Shown here: in pieces, positions 40,810 through 62,229 of the stretch
How positions within the stretch are numbered: position 1 is the stretch's first letter
Layout: each line of letters begins with the position of its first letter
NCBI RefSeq assembly: GCF_964204645.1
Contig: NC_134030.1
Span: 12,049,947 to 12,113,946 of the forward strand
DNA from: Tubulanus polymorphus
Lineage: Eukaryota; Animalia; Nemertea
DNA length: 64,000 bases
Direction of reading: 5' to 3'
The notes under the pieces: generated by a model
The model's input: only the letters and a program-made list of their open reading frames with translations
Database searches by the model: none
Told to the model about the DNA's origin: nothing
Translations under genes and position numbers: made by a program

Positions 40810-42119
40810 TTAGAATTAAAACCGATAGTTTGTTATATCCAGTATTGGATTAATCAAATCATTTCTTATACTTGGGACGAAATTCTATATTTGTTATATC
40901 CGATGAGTCGTTGTTTCCGATTTCGTTATAACGAGGTGCCACTGTAGTACCACCTAGAATTCTCTCAAGAATAATATCTGAATGTTCTGTAATTAGTCAA
41001 CATACACGTAAGTCTTCACCAAATACATGTATCATATAATGATAGTAAAGTTTAAACCAGTGAACCTTTAAATCTGGATGTAATTCAAGTACCGATAATG
41101 TTGTTCGATTGTATAGTATACGAGTAGTATCGATGTATAGAATATCTGTGAATAGAACTGTTAAAGTATATATCTACTGTTATGATAAATGGTTATAAAT
41201 ACAATATGAAGAATGATATCATTTGGACACATTGCTTATGAAAATGGGTTCCAAGAAATTCTAGGTTTGATTTCTGCATGAACGAAATGAACGAAAAAGA
41301 TGGGTTTTCCTTTTCGAAGGAATTCTTAGCCGTCGCAGATTAATTCTCTTCCTGCATTCTCAAGCATAGAATCATTGGGTATGGAACTATGGAACGCCAT
41401 CCTGACAAAATCTATATATCATATTTCAACAACGCATCCGCAACCGTACAACTAACTCACGATCTTAAAAAGTTAGCTTCAAATTCTGTAACAGAGACTG
41501 CGTTTTTTAACCGTTAGGTGTTGAATCTATCGTAGTAATGCCGTTAATTTACCTCTACTGAGTATTACTCATTTAGATATAGCGTCTAGTTAGCTGATTT
41601 TACGATTTCGATTATATTAGATTTAAATGGATTTACGCTATAACCATGGTTAACAGATAATGAAAGCATTTCAAAACATTCGATTGATACCTACTACAGT
41701 AAAGTACGGATAAGTCGGATACGCTTAACTCGGATATGCATATATCGGTCAATTTCTGAAGTACCGGTTCATTAGGGAATAAGATATTAGAAAATGGACG
41801 ACTAAGTCTGACTCGTATGTTTGACTCGGGAGTTTTTGATATACAGTGAACATCCGATAAACCGCCCACATCGATGTAGAACGATTTTGGTGGTATAGAG
41901 AGTATAGCGGTATATCGGGGTGTTTTACCATGTATTTGTATAGAGATGTTCGTTCATTGAGAAAACCTGGTGGTGTTGGGGTGGTTTTGGAATGGTTTCG
42001 TGATAAGGTTAAATCCAGAAAAAAAATGCAAATCATCCCCAAAAACGTTGCACGTTGGACACATTCTTTCATTTCTGGATAGATGAAGGTTAGAATGTAT
42101 GTACAGGCAAAGGTGAGTC

Positions 42120-42316
42120 CCTCATAACTAATACAATTAGGGGCCTAACGGCTAATATAGCTCTGCTGTGTGATTTGAAGAAATAGGACACCCAGTGGCA
42201 CCCCTGGTGGCCAAATAAAAAAACGGCTTTGAGGAACGAACGAACGAAGAAACGAACGGGCGACAACGGCTCACCCGCCTTACCCATTAACCCTTCGGTG
42301 GCAGCGGAGCTAAAAA
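42120..42316 (+). mobile_element. Truncated end of a second Helentron-like element
   Basis: CACCCCTGGTGGCC motif, (ACGA)n microsatellite and a GC-rich terminal segment ending GCTAAAAA, the same layout as 54717-55737. The left boundary is approximate. Confidence 0.55.
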
Positions 42317-42689
42317 GCCTATCATTAAGTTTTCACCTAGTTGATTAATCGAACTCTCAGTCTCAAATCTAATATTGTTTAATTTTGTATTCCCTAAAAA
42401 TTAATCTACAAAGGATAGATTTTGAAAACAATCTCTTGTACATAATCTCTTGGTTACGATTACGATTACGATTTTATTTATACTCCAACTTTCCATGGTA
42501 TATGGAGGAAAACTATTACACATGTATATACAAATATTTAGAAAACAACACTGAAGTGATTAGAATTTAGAGAATGAAAACGTAACAGAATATATATACA
42601 TCAACTATTTACAATACTATATATACTATTGGAGGGATCTATATACATCTAAGCCGGTCTTAATGAATTTAGCTAATTTGACCGTTGGG

Positions 42690-43000
42690 TTTTTGGGTTT
42701 AATGAATTTAGCTAATTTGACCTTGATAGTCTGATTTCAGAATATCAAGGGTATTAAAGGTATTCAAATTCAAATAGTTTTTGCGGGGTTCGTTAAGTAA
42801 GGTATAGTCAAACAGAAAATGGGATTCGTCACCTAAAGTACTACAAGTGGGGCATATTCTATCGGCTCTGTCTAAATGAAGGTTTGAAAATTTGTTCACA
42901 GGTAAAATATAGGACCCGACCCTAAATTCAAATAAACTAGTTCCTAAGTCATCACCAAGTTCTATTATATACCTCTCTAACCTAATATCATTTTATCACG
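42690..43000 (-). mobile_element. Non-LTR retrotransposon ORF2 C-terminal fragment
   Basis: - strand reads FRVGSYILPV...RICPTCSTLGDESHFLF, a LINE C-terminal CxxC..DExHFL motif. Confidence 0.7.
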
Positions 43001-43534
43001 ATAATTGTAGGTCAGCGCCATCTGGTGTCATACATACAAGAAAATAAAGCACAATCATAAGCAAAAAATTCGCAAATTATGTGTCCTGATCTGACGTACG
43101 TTTGTCAAACACTTTAAGTGCTCACAGTGGTACCGGTATACCAAAAATTAACATTATACGCTGGTTATAACATTTTTTACACCAGCATACGCATTTCGTA
43201 CTTAATTACGATAGGTAAACCGTACAACGAACAGACTTCATGAGCATAGAACGAAGCGAAAAATAATAATATTCACTCCAGGACTAACCATATAGAAAAC
43301 CTTATCAGTCAACAGCATTTGCAGAAAACCTTAAATACCGTACCCGTTCTTTAAACTTAAGGTTAGAAGTAGGTTAATGGCCTCGGTGTATTCCAGATTG
43401 AAATGCACACTTAATGCCAGCGTGGGAAAAACTACAACGATATTCCTTCAATCATATAAGCGCAATTTCAGTATACCTCAATACACATCCTGGCATATTC
43501 ACACACGGCCCCCGTTTTACAGACAAACGTAGAC

Positions 43535-43909
43535 ATGGCATCAGGCGCCCGACTGTCACTTTCTGCGGGGTCAAAACCTACCGATTACATCTACGATGTC
43601 GAAAATATCGCCGAAAAAGTTGAAAGGACGTTAACCGATTTTACTGTTTCCAGTGAGCTGAATAAAAAGCGTTTGGAGAAAATCATACACGATGCTGATG
43701 CATTCTTGGAAAATTCCAAGGACGACAATGCGGTAGCATTGCGCGCTGTGAAGGAAACGGGAATAGTACACGATGTTGATGTTGGTTTTACCGCAGAGGA
43801 ACTTTTATTGGATGCAAAGCGCCATCGCTACCAAAACTTAAACACTGTGCCACAAATACTTACTAGGACGGAAAAAAGTGCACCGCCATTCATCGTATCT
43901 AAAAACTGA
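43535..43909 (+). CDS. Uncharacterised 124-aa protein, or terminal exon of an unidentified gene
   Basis: 375-nt ORF with a good start context (GACATGG), natural charged/helical composition, and an in-frame acceptor (ttttacag, 43522) just upstream. I recognise no family. Confidence 0.5.
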   Translation: MASGARLSLSAGSKPTDYIYDVENIAEKVERTLTDFTVSSELNKKRLEKIIHDADAFLENSKDDNAVALRAVKETGIVHDVDVGFTAEELLLDAKRHRYQNLNTVPQILTRTEKSAPPFIVSKN

Positions 43910-45199
43910 AAAGTTGGAATATGTCGATGATCAGCGACGAATCTACTGATTGAAGAAGGACACATGAATATCCGATTATCTAATATAGAGCCTCAATATC
44001 GAGCCAGGCCGAGGCGAGGTAATAATCGCCATTGGATCCGTTGATCATTATGGTCATTCCAAACTACATTATTCGGATGGCGATGAAGTTTGTATACAGC
44101 AGTAGATTGTAGTAGCGTTGATACCTTCTGTTTTATCCGAAAAGCATGCATTCTGAGAGTTCATTTTCCCTACATGCTTATTATATGTTTTTAATTCTGT
44201 AAGCAGACTTAATAATCCGGAGTAAATTGCTTCAATGATTGAGTAGACTTTTAAAGGATAATGTAAAAACAGTGAGCAATTGTTATTCCATTTGACTAAT
44301 TACCTGTGTACATATATGTACACATGTATTTTCAAAACCGACAACACAGAAAGCGCCTAAAATATCATGCTCAGGGCCAGGTTAAGTGATAAGTGGAAAT
44401 TAACGCCGATGTTTAATAGTACTGAAATAGGTTAGGCTACATGTCTTTTGTCATTCGGAACTAAAACTGGAGCATGTTGAAGAATCCGGAAATAGTTAAA
44501 TAAAGAGTATACATGAGAATTTAAGAAATTCGTAACGTAACATAACATTTTTCCTAGTGTATGGAGCTACACAGTGTTTCTAATGTCAAATGAGTAAAAA
44601 TTTTAACGTTCGTACCGGTGTTATAGAATCAGATGCCTTCCCCGATGTCAGATGTCGAATACGTGGAGTCATAGCAGGGCTGCTGACCCTGACCATAACC
44701 CTAAACCATGAGATCTTTTGTAAGGGGAGGCATTTCATTGACACCGGTACTTATTTTACAAATTGGTGGATGGTTGCTCAAAAGTTGGTTAACATCTTAT
44801 GTCGCATCATTAACGCATAAACTTGATTTATACGTCCATGGTCGCATTAAGATCACAGCAGCACGATAACTTTGGTTGCATTGCGTAGAATTGATCGGTT
44901 AATTTTACGGTAAGTTTTGTCTAGTAAAAAATGAAAGTTTAACTAGAAAATAATATGACAGTTTGCCCAGATTGGACATTTCGTATTGAGAGTATACCTA
45001 TGCCATACCCGGGTAGCAGGTAAATGTATATGAAATGTTAGGGTTCGTACACTTCAGGGCAACTGGAATTCATGTCAAGTTAAGTCGTGGCAAGCAAAAT
45101 GTTGGTAATCTACTAGGATGGTAGCCACATGGGTGCCAAACGGGCCCGAGTTTGTTTGGCCAAAAACGTCGGACCAGGCTCGAGTCAAATTTTAGGAGT

Positions 45200-45640
45200 T
45201 TAGACTGATTGTTTTTTTTACCAAAGTCTTGCTAATTTTGTTTTCATACGTGAAAATGATTTGTTTATCCAATAACGGGAGAGAGTGACGAAATTTTTCC
45301 AACACAGGTACATACGGCACTACAATGAATTCTGAAATGTTTTTTATTTTCTGGAGGTTTAGAATTAAAGAAAGTACGTTTAGCCTTAGAAATAGCGATT
45401 TTCAAAATGAGATCAGGGTAAGCCAATTTTCTAAGAGAGTTGGATATGTGGTCAAATTCAGCCGAAAGGAAGGTTTCATCGCAGATCCGCAGTGCACGGA
45501 AAAAGAGGCCTTGAGCGAGACCAATTTTGATTGATTTAGCAGTAAACAAAAAGAAATGGGAGATATGCCTCAGCGTTGATCGGTTTACGGTAGACTGAAA
45601 AAATCAAATGAGAGTATTTATTGTGGATTGGAACATCTAA
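45200..45640 (-). mobile_element. Penelope-like retroelement fragment (RT thumb region)
   Basis: - strand reads FSVYRKP...AYL then KIGLAQGLFFRALRICDETFLSAEFDHISNSLRKLAYP, matching the PLE VYRKPT..RAxRIC..E...L...YP pattern. Frameshifted. Confidence 0.8.
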
Positions 45641-46754
45641 ATTTGGTCATTTTTGTTCCCATATGCTTGTGCTTTTTGAATAGTGGGTTTTTATCTTATC
45701 ATCTGTTCACCACGTTTGAGTGTGGGTCTCGTACCATTGAGCCAGGTGCTCTATACACTTACAATGTATAGGCACTTCACAGATCATACCTGCACAAACC
45801 ACACTTTGAAAATGAGACTGACCACGATAATGACTAGACAATTTTTAGATGACCAAGATCCTGAAATTCCAGTTTTGCAGGAAAGCTCTTAAAAACCCTG
45901 AATTTCCAGGTATTCAAGGTCCTAGAATTTCATGGAATTCAAATTCCAGGAAATTCAGGAGGTTAACTAACCCTGTAGACAAACGTGTGCGCGGAAATGG
46001 GCCGACATATCAACCCAGCGTTATTGGCCTCGAAGGCTTTGCAAGGCCTACATGGAAAAGCGTGCTACAATATGTTTTTTTTGTTTAGCCTTCCTCTGAT
46101 TCTGTCCTGCTCTTCCGTGAAACAAATAGTGAATTGAATATTGAATTGATCTATTTTACGATTCCAAAACCTTATCACTCGAAAGACTAGCACATCGATT
46201 CGTTTTTTTCTTCATTTTTTCAACAAATGAACCCGGCAAGTGGTTCTACTCCTCTACATGTATTATTTGCATTGTGCATCATCTATATATTAACAGAATC
46301 CGTTGTTACATCAGTGTAAATTTAAGTAAAGATCTTCTCGTTTAACTCATTGATGTCTGTCCAGTCCAGATGCCACTACATGTATAACAACGCCCTTGTC
46401 TATTGCTAACAAGAGGGATCTTTTTGCCTCGGACTCCTTTTTTGCTTTGTATCCAACTTCAATGAGTCTACTGCAATCACATCAGTAGCATTTTGGCGTT
46501 TTGAATAATCTTTGACACCACAACATATCAGATACTTTTTCAAACCAGACAAAACCAACATCACAGGCATACTCAGAAATGGAGGGATTTTTTGCTTCCA
46601 GAATTCACCCGAAATGTCAATTGCTAGTTTTCCTGGTGATGAAGCTTTTTATGGCCTTAAGATTAAAACGTAACACCAAATTTCTTTTTATCAGATTTTT
46701 ATTACGACGAGTTACAAGATAAAAATTTGGAGAATCACAATTTGGATGAACCAA

Positions 46755-56229
<9,475 letters not shown>

Positions 56230-57440
56230 CTGAAATGAGAAGTTATTACTGAAAACGGATTTGGTTTAGGTCAGTGTCAACCTCTTATGCAACTGTCATT
56301 AATTCCAATGAGTATCCTTGAAAGACGTCTTTTGGAAAGATTGATGCCAGTGCGTCAGTAAATACTTGTGCTTTAAAGGAAATGGACATGGATGAGGCAT
56401 TATTTCAGCAAACGCTATTTTGCCAATGTGTCACGTCATTTCCAAGGGAATTCCATCAGCAGGTGATTTTCGACATCAGGTTCGAATCCCGGTTGCGCGG
56501 TACAGTATAACTAATTTGGATCGGTTTTATTTGGATTGTCCGGCCTTATTTCGGACTAAAAATCAAGTCCCCTCTCTAGGTCATTTCTATTGAGATGAGA
56601 GCACTTTATTTGGTTTTCGTATAATTCAGACAAAATCTCTACTGTATTGTCAAATTAACTCATCTCCTATTCCATCTCATCGTTTGAATTCTTTACATAC
56701 ACATTAGATTAAGGGCCTATTTCCATCAGTCCACATCACTTTTTATTAACGAAGTGGCTACTTTTACGGTGTTGTAAAGCGGATTTTTTGTAACTTTCAT
56801 ATTTACGAGGGTTTATACTGAATTTAGGATTAAGGGGGAGAGGTGAGAAGAGGGTCAAAAGGACTCAGAGGGTTAGGTTTCCATTTCACAACTAGGGATA
56901 TGGTTAAGGTAAGGTGAGGCTATACGTAGCTAAAACATTCATTTGGTTTTCAGTGAGCTCGGTGGTCCGGTATGGTATGATGCCAGTGGCGGATCCAGAC
57001 AGGGACGTACGCGGAAGATGCTTACTGATGAAGTTACTGATTTTGAATCCCTAGACCTCCCTGATAGTGCAATAGCGCCAGATTTTCATCCCTAATTATC
57101 AACAACCCGGAAATAAAATCCAAGCCCATTGCCAAACCCCTGTGTTTTTGCATGGGCGGCAGTAGGATGAAAGTAGTTACGAACCACCGTTTTTTAAGGA
57201 AAGGTTTGTTTAAAGTCTGTTTTATGTAATGACAGTTCTTGGGCCACCCATCTGACAGCATCTTTGCGGCCCCATTTATTTTCTGTGCTACACCTGTGAG
57301 ACGCGTTAAAAAATGTAACTAAACACTTTAAATCGCCGTGTATCGACTAAAAAACACCCATCAAACAACGAAGAAACAATTTAAACAGTACTAGTTATAT
57401 AAAAAGGTGTACTTATTCCGATGGCGATAGATTTTCTCAC

Positions 57441-57530
57441 CTTTCAAATGGGGATTCACGCACAAGAATATGCTCGATTAATCCTTTAGATAAAAAAGGC
57501 TCAACATGATAGTAAAGGGCGGAAGTCGAT
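57441..57530 (-). promoter_or_regulatory. NACA non-coding first exon with TCT/5'TOP-like start and upstream GC/ETS box
   Basis: On the - strand, GCCTTTTTTATC at about 57500-57489 is a polypyrimidine initiator typical of translation-machinery genes. There is a donor AAG|gtgag at 57440 and GGGCGGAAGT at about 57517-57526. Confidence 0.65.
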
Positions 57531-57848
57531 GATACACCGCATATTGAGCTCGAGTCCCGAATAAGCCTGTGATATATTTTGTTGAACATAATCCAGTCAA
57601 TATCTGTATTTGCTTTGTTTATAGGCCTATATAGTTTTACCGAAAATTGGATCTCTGTTATGAGATTATTTTTGCTTTGTCTGTAGGCCTATACGTGTAG
57701 CAGAACCCCCCACACACCAAAAAAAAAAAAATATGTGTGCTCATAGAGTCTGCTAAATGCCATATTGGGTTATCGTGGCCTAAGGAAATACCAATATCAA
57801 TTATTTATTATTTTCAAATCATTGATTTATTTTAATTATTAAATTAAT

Positions 57849-59745
57849 TGATTATTCAAACTAAACTCTTTTATTCAACAGCCATCGTATTCATAAACAA
57901 TGCACGTAATAATACTACATAATGACGACTTCCAGTTGAACTGAATACTCACAGTGACGCGTTCAACATCCTTCCTTTTATTAGTTTTTCTATTTTTTAT
58001 GCTACTATGCTACTAACTTATATGTTGTTGCACATGCATATGTTATTCGGCGGTCTGCTTATTCTCCGCGGACGTTCTCTTCGGATTGTCGATTCCGGCG
58101 CAATTTGATCTGGTGCGGCGTTCTGGTCGGATATCGGATTTGTGGCGGTCGCACAGGTTTCGGTAACAACCTGATGGTCGAAGAGCGTAACTTCTGGTTG
58201 GTCATACACCGTATCTTCGATCCGCGTTGGTCTCAGGTGTATGCGGTTTCGACGGTAAGTGCCTCCGTTATCTCAGCGAATTCGCTACGTGCGATCTCAC
58301 AGAATATTGACAACATCGCCTTTTATCCACGGTCGTTTCTCGCGATGTTCGAAATAAACACGTTTTCCAGTCGTTAGTTTCCGTAAATCCCATGATCTTC
58401 GATTAACGTACCGTTGCAAAGATTCCTTTCGCCTCTGGCGTTTTCGACGAAAATGTGTCAGACGTTTCGCCCGTTTTCGCATCGGGATGAATGAGCGCGT
58501 TTTCCGCCCGAACATCAGATCAGTCGGGCTCAAACCCGTATCCTGACGTGGTGTATTGTGGAGCTCTAGTAGAGCCTGCAATAAATCGGTACCATTTTTC
58601 ATCGATTTAATGATCAGATGTTTGATCGTTTTTACAGCGGCTTCGGCTTTACCATTCGCGAAATGGTGACGCTTCAATATGGTTAATTCACCATACGCGC
58701 AAGAATTCTTTGAATTCACGACTAGTGAAATGAGGACCCGGATCGGTCGCGATTTGCTTCGGAATCCCGTAACGCGCAAATTGCTGTTTGAGGACTGATA
58801 TACATTTCGTAGTAGCGGTTGAAGTCATACGCTATACTTCGATCCAGCTAGAGAAATAATCTACCGTAACGAGGTAGTTGGACCCTTCGATCTCGAAAAA
58901 GTCACACGCGATCTTTCAGTTTGGAATACCAAAACTGGAACTGATTTATTTTTACACACAAACTATTTAAATACATTGAGATACGAGACAGGTGGAGACA
59001 TGGAAAATGATACAAAAACAAAGGTGACGAGCAGTAAAATAACAGTGAGACAAACAACAAGTAACGCTTTAGACACAGACAAACTGTCTCAAGAAACAAA
59101 GAGCTATTACACGTTAACATTTAAACATTAAAGGAATATAGAATATAGATAAAATGTATAGAACAATTCTGATGGACATTTAGTGTTGTTAAATCATCAT
59201 GCTATCATAACCAAGATGTGCAGCGTGCAATCTGGTTTTCATGCTTTTGGGCAATGATTTCGGAATAATCACCGCTTCACCTTTCACGAGGATCCCTGTT
59301 GTGCTTTCATAGCCGAACAGATCGCGCATATCGTAATATTGCCTGACCTCATACGGTACTTCGGTTTTCAGGCTAGGCCAACCATTTATAATCAAAGATT
59401 TCAGTTTCTGGAGCGTTGCGTCACGTTCAGTGGCCGCTGCCACTTCTGCAATACAAGAGTCTGGTATCGACGGAAAGTAACAGACGTTCATTATTCATGG
59501 TCGATCATCCACTTTCTCCAGGTGAGCACGACTTAATGTGTCGGCAAGCACAAGCGACTTTCCTTCACAAAATACAAATGTGATGTCATAACGATGTACG
59601 CGCATCAATGACGATTGGAGCCTTTTGGGGACCTGGCTCAGGGGTTTCTTGAGTATTGATGCAAGCGGTTTGTGATCATTATGAACATCAACTCACGACC
59701 GTAGGTATATTGGTCAAAACGTTCGAGACCAAAAACGACAGCGTT
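57849..59745 (-). mobile_element. Decayed Ty3/gypsy LTR retrotransposon (RNase H, integrase, PPT, 3' LTR)
   Basis: - strand remnants with stops and frameshifts. RNase H: AVVFGLERFDQYTYG..DHKPL..ADTLSR. Integrase Zn finger start: LHAAHLGY. DDE core: CDFFE..VDYFSSW..FARYGIP..TDPGPHF..NGKAEAAVKTIK. A polypurine tract AAAAGGAAGGA is followed by TGTT at 57968. An unrelated insert lies at about 58918-59190. The distal LTR end is approximate. Confidence 0.92.
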
Positions 59746-60147
59746 GACTTCGTTTTTTCACAACTTAATGATCTCCTTACCCCAGATTTCAGTTATTTCT
59801 TCACAAATTCCGAAACGATTATTTAAGACATTCAGCACGTCGGCCAAATAAAAGATCTGTCAGTTAAATTTGAAATTTGGTATAATTTCTAAATCAAGAT
59901 GCACACCAATAAAAGTCCAAAAGGGGCGAAACTTTGAAACGAATTGCCGAATAAAATTAAGTCTTTAAGAACAGCTAAGTCATTCTCAAATGGTATCAAA
60001 ACTCACACTCTTTCTAATCATTAGATCTGCGTGCACGCCTATTTTCATTCTGTTCATTCCTTTCTCCCCTTTTCTTGCTTTTTGTGTGGTTGCATGGTGT
60101 GTGTTTGTGTGTATGTGGTGTGTGTATGCGCGTGTTCGTGCTGGGAG

Positions 60148-60258
60148 CATCCTCCCACTGCAGGGATTCGAACCTGATGGCATCGCTACACTCAGCCACG
60201 GCACGAGTACCGTGGCAATCTCGATGCCATCAGGTTCGAATCCCTGCCGGGGAGGATG
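60148..60258. mobile_element. 111-bp foldback element with tRNA-box-containing TIRs and 9-bp TSD
   Basis: CATCCTCCC...GGGAGGATG hairpin flanked by TGCTGGGAG at 60139-60147 and 60259-60267. Confidence 0.9.
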
Positions 60259-60841
60259 TGCTGGGAGAAACACACTAGATAATAGGATGGTCATATCAAA
60301 GCTGTGGGTACTGTGATCTGTGCGCATTTGTGGCCAGCAAACAGATCCACGACGATCATGTCATGGTTAGTGAAGTAATAACACGTCCAGGGAGAGGCAA
60401 CATGTGAAATTCAGTTTATTTCCACACCACATTTTCCAGTGCATTTCTTTGAAAGAATCGAATGATTTAGATTTCATATTTTATTTTCGATCACGCATCA
60501 TCGTACGAGATACTAATTGTGCATTTCAAGCACGAGCGTCTATAGATGGATAAGGACCCATATAAGCTTTAGCTTCTCCTTACTCATCGCACTTTATATT
60601 GTTAAATCTTTTATGTATATATTTATATGTATGTATGTTTGTATGTGTATGTATATGGCATGTGCAAAGTGTAATTTCATTCTGTGATCCTGTAATTATG
60701 TAACGATTTATTTTGCAAAATAAAATACATTCATTCAAGTACCTCATCTGGTAGGATGGACAGTTTGAGGATCATAGTAGTTCTAATTCGCCCTCATCAA
60801 CCTCGTTCAATTCACTTATGAATCTGCGTTTAGGAATTCTA

Positions 60842-61014
60842 TGGTGGCTGATTCGGGCCATACTAAAACCAAATTTTTTGAATTCTCGCGCGAAAAAACC
60901 AAACTTTTTGAATTCTCGCGCGAGAAAACCAAAAAACGGGCCAATGTGAAAAATTTTGTATCGTTGCTTTAGCCGTACAGAAAAATTTTTTAGTATGGCC
61001 CGAATCAGCCACCA
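60842..61014. mobile_element. MITE of about 170 bp, copy 2, just downstream of the GPCR stop codon
   Basis: Perfect TIRs over 20 bp with TA on both sides, and an internal duplicated TTTTTGAATTCTCGCGCGA. Confidence 0.88.
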
Positions 61015-61149
61015 TAGAATTCTGCTATAAAGGCTGGGAATTTTCATAGTATTACTGACAGATACTGGTGTCGAATAGCGAGTTGTTTGGTGGTCAGCCG
61101 CATATTCTAATCCGGGTTTGATACGAGTCAAGCAATTACAGCCACGCCT

Positions 61150-62229
61150 TCATTCCGCCTTTCGTCGGCAAAAGCGACATTTTAGAATCAGGTCTTTAGC
61201 GGTAGCTCTAAAATGATCGTTGGCCACGTAATAGATAAAGAAATTTACCGACGAGTTCAAAGTTGGTAAAAGGTTGTCGAACATCATTTGAGTGATGTAT
61301 ACCGCGTCGCCGGAGTGCCAAATTCTTGGAAGGTTTATAAAACGGGCTAGGAATTCATAGATAGATCGATAAGATGGCGGTATTTCGCAGACGACAAATA
61401 GAACGACTATAGCTATAGCAATTTTGATAGCTTTCACGTCGAGACGCGATATATTTCTTTCGCCAGTCATTTCTTTTCTTTTCGCCGTCAGTTTACGAAG
61501 AATCCATATCAGGTAGCAATTGAAAATCATTAGTAAAATTGCCGGCAATAATTCTTTAATTAATGTAGCGATGAATTGGTCAATCCATTTGAAAGCACGG
61601 AAGAAGCCCGATCGTACCTTCCCTTTTGCTGAACCGATGCCCATTACGCGAACATTGTTACAAGCGTCAAAGAACCAAGTGTTTACGCGTGTGCCGATAA
61701 CGAAAGGCGAGTATAATATACCAAAGCCGAAAACCATACAACAAACAATGATTTTTATTCTGTATTTTGTAATGTGAGATCTTACGAAAAATGGAAAAGT
61801 TAAAGATACGCATCGTTCTAAAACTAACAGCACGGTTATCCAGTTGCGCGTCAACTGCGCCGAATGTCGCGGAATCCAAGCCGTTTTATAGATCCACGGT
61901 CGCACGCCCCAGCTCAGGTACGGAATCCAAAACATGTGAGTTCCTTGCGTGAACCAGGACACGACGAAACGCAACGGTTCCTGAATCGTGTTGAAAACAA
62001 GGAAGAGTATATCGGCCAGCGCGAGGCAGCGTAACAGGTACAACGAGATGTGATCAGACGACTGGCGACGTATGATGAAAATACTGAACGTATTCAGAAT
62101 GATGCCGACGATGCTGATCGGTAGAGCGCCCGCTAGTTTTACGCTGACGAGAAGCACGTTTTTAAAAACGTACGGTCGATTACAGTCTACGGTAGTTTCA
62201 GCTACTGTGGTCGTTGCACTATAATTCAT
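61150..62229 (-). CDS. Intronless rhodopsin-like (class A) GPCR, FMRFamide-/sex-peptide-receptor-like group, about 359 aa
   Basis: Seven hydrophobic segments: N-terminal NYS sequon, TM1 GIILN, TM2 LALADILFL, TM3 NWITVLLVLERCVSL..P, TM6 FVVCEIP, TM7 LNSSVNFFIY, and a C-terminal Cys pair. The first in-frame ATG is 62229; the track's 62241 start is a GTG. The ligand cannot be inferred. Confidence 0.93.
   Translation of the reverse strand: MNYSATTTVAETTVDCNRPYVFKNVLLVSVKLAGALPISIVGIILNTFSIFIIRRQSSDHISLYLLRCLALADILFLVFNTIQEPLRFVVSWFTQGTHMFWIPYLSWGVRPWIYKTAWIPRHSAQLTRNWITVLLVLERCVSLTFPFFVRSHITKYRIKIIVCCMVFGFGILYSPFVIGTRVNTWFFDACNNVRVMGIGSAKGKVRSGFFRAFKWIDQFIATLIKELLPAILLMIFNCYLIWILRKLTAKRKEMTGERNISRLDVKAIKIAIAIVVLFVVCEIPPSYRSIYEFLARFINLPRIWHSGDAVYITQMMFDNLLPTLNSSVNFFIYYVANDHFRATAKDLILKCRFCRRKAE

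Noticed and set aside
46220-46620. Coding-like segments downstream of NACA (GSTPLHV ankyrin-like word on +, broken frames on -)
   Set aside because: Short, interrupted by stops and lacking splice or motif support.
60155-60250. tRNA genes at GGTTCGAATCCC motifs (also about 49693, 56479 and 63350)
   Set aside because: No cloverleaf or anticodon arm and too short an A-B spacing; these are repeat-derived.
59986-60327. Four overlapping ORFs sharing QGFEPDGIA-type peptides (also at 38574-38780)
   Set aside because: Translations of the palindromic foldback element and a TG-rich tract, not proteins.
61520-61879. Short ORFs overlapping the GPCR
   Set aside because: Alternative-frame or antisense by-products of the GPCR coding sequence.
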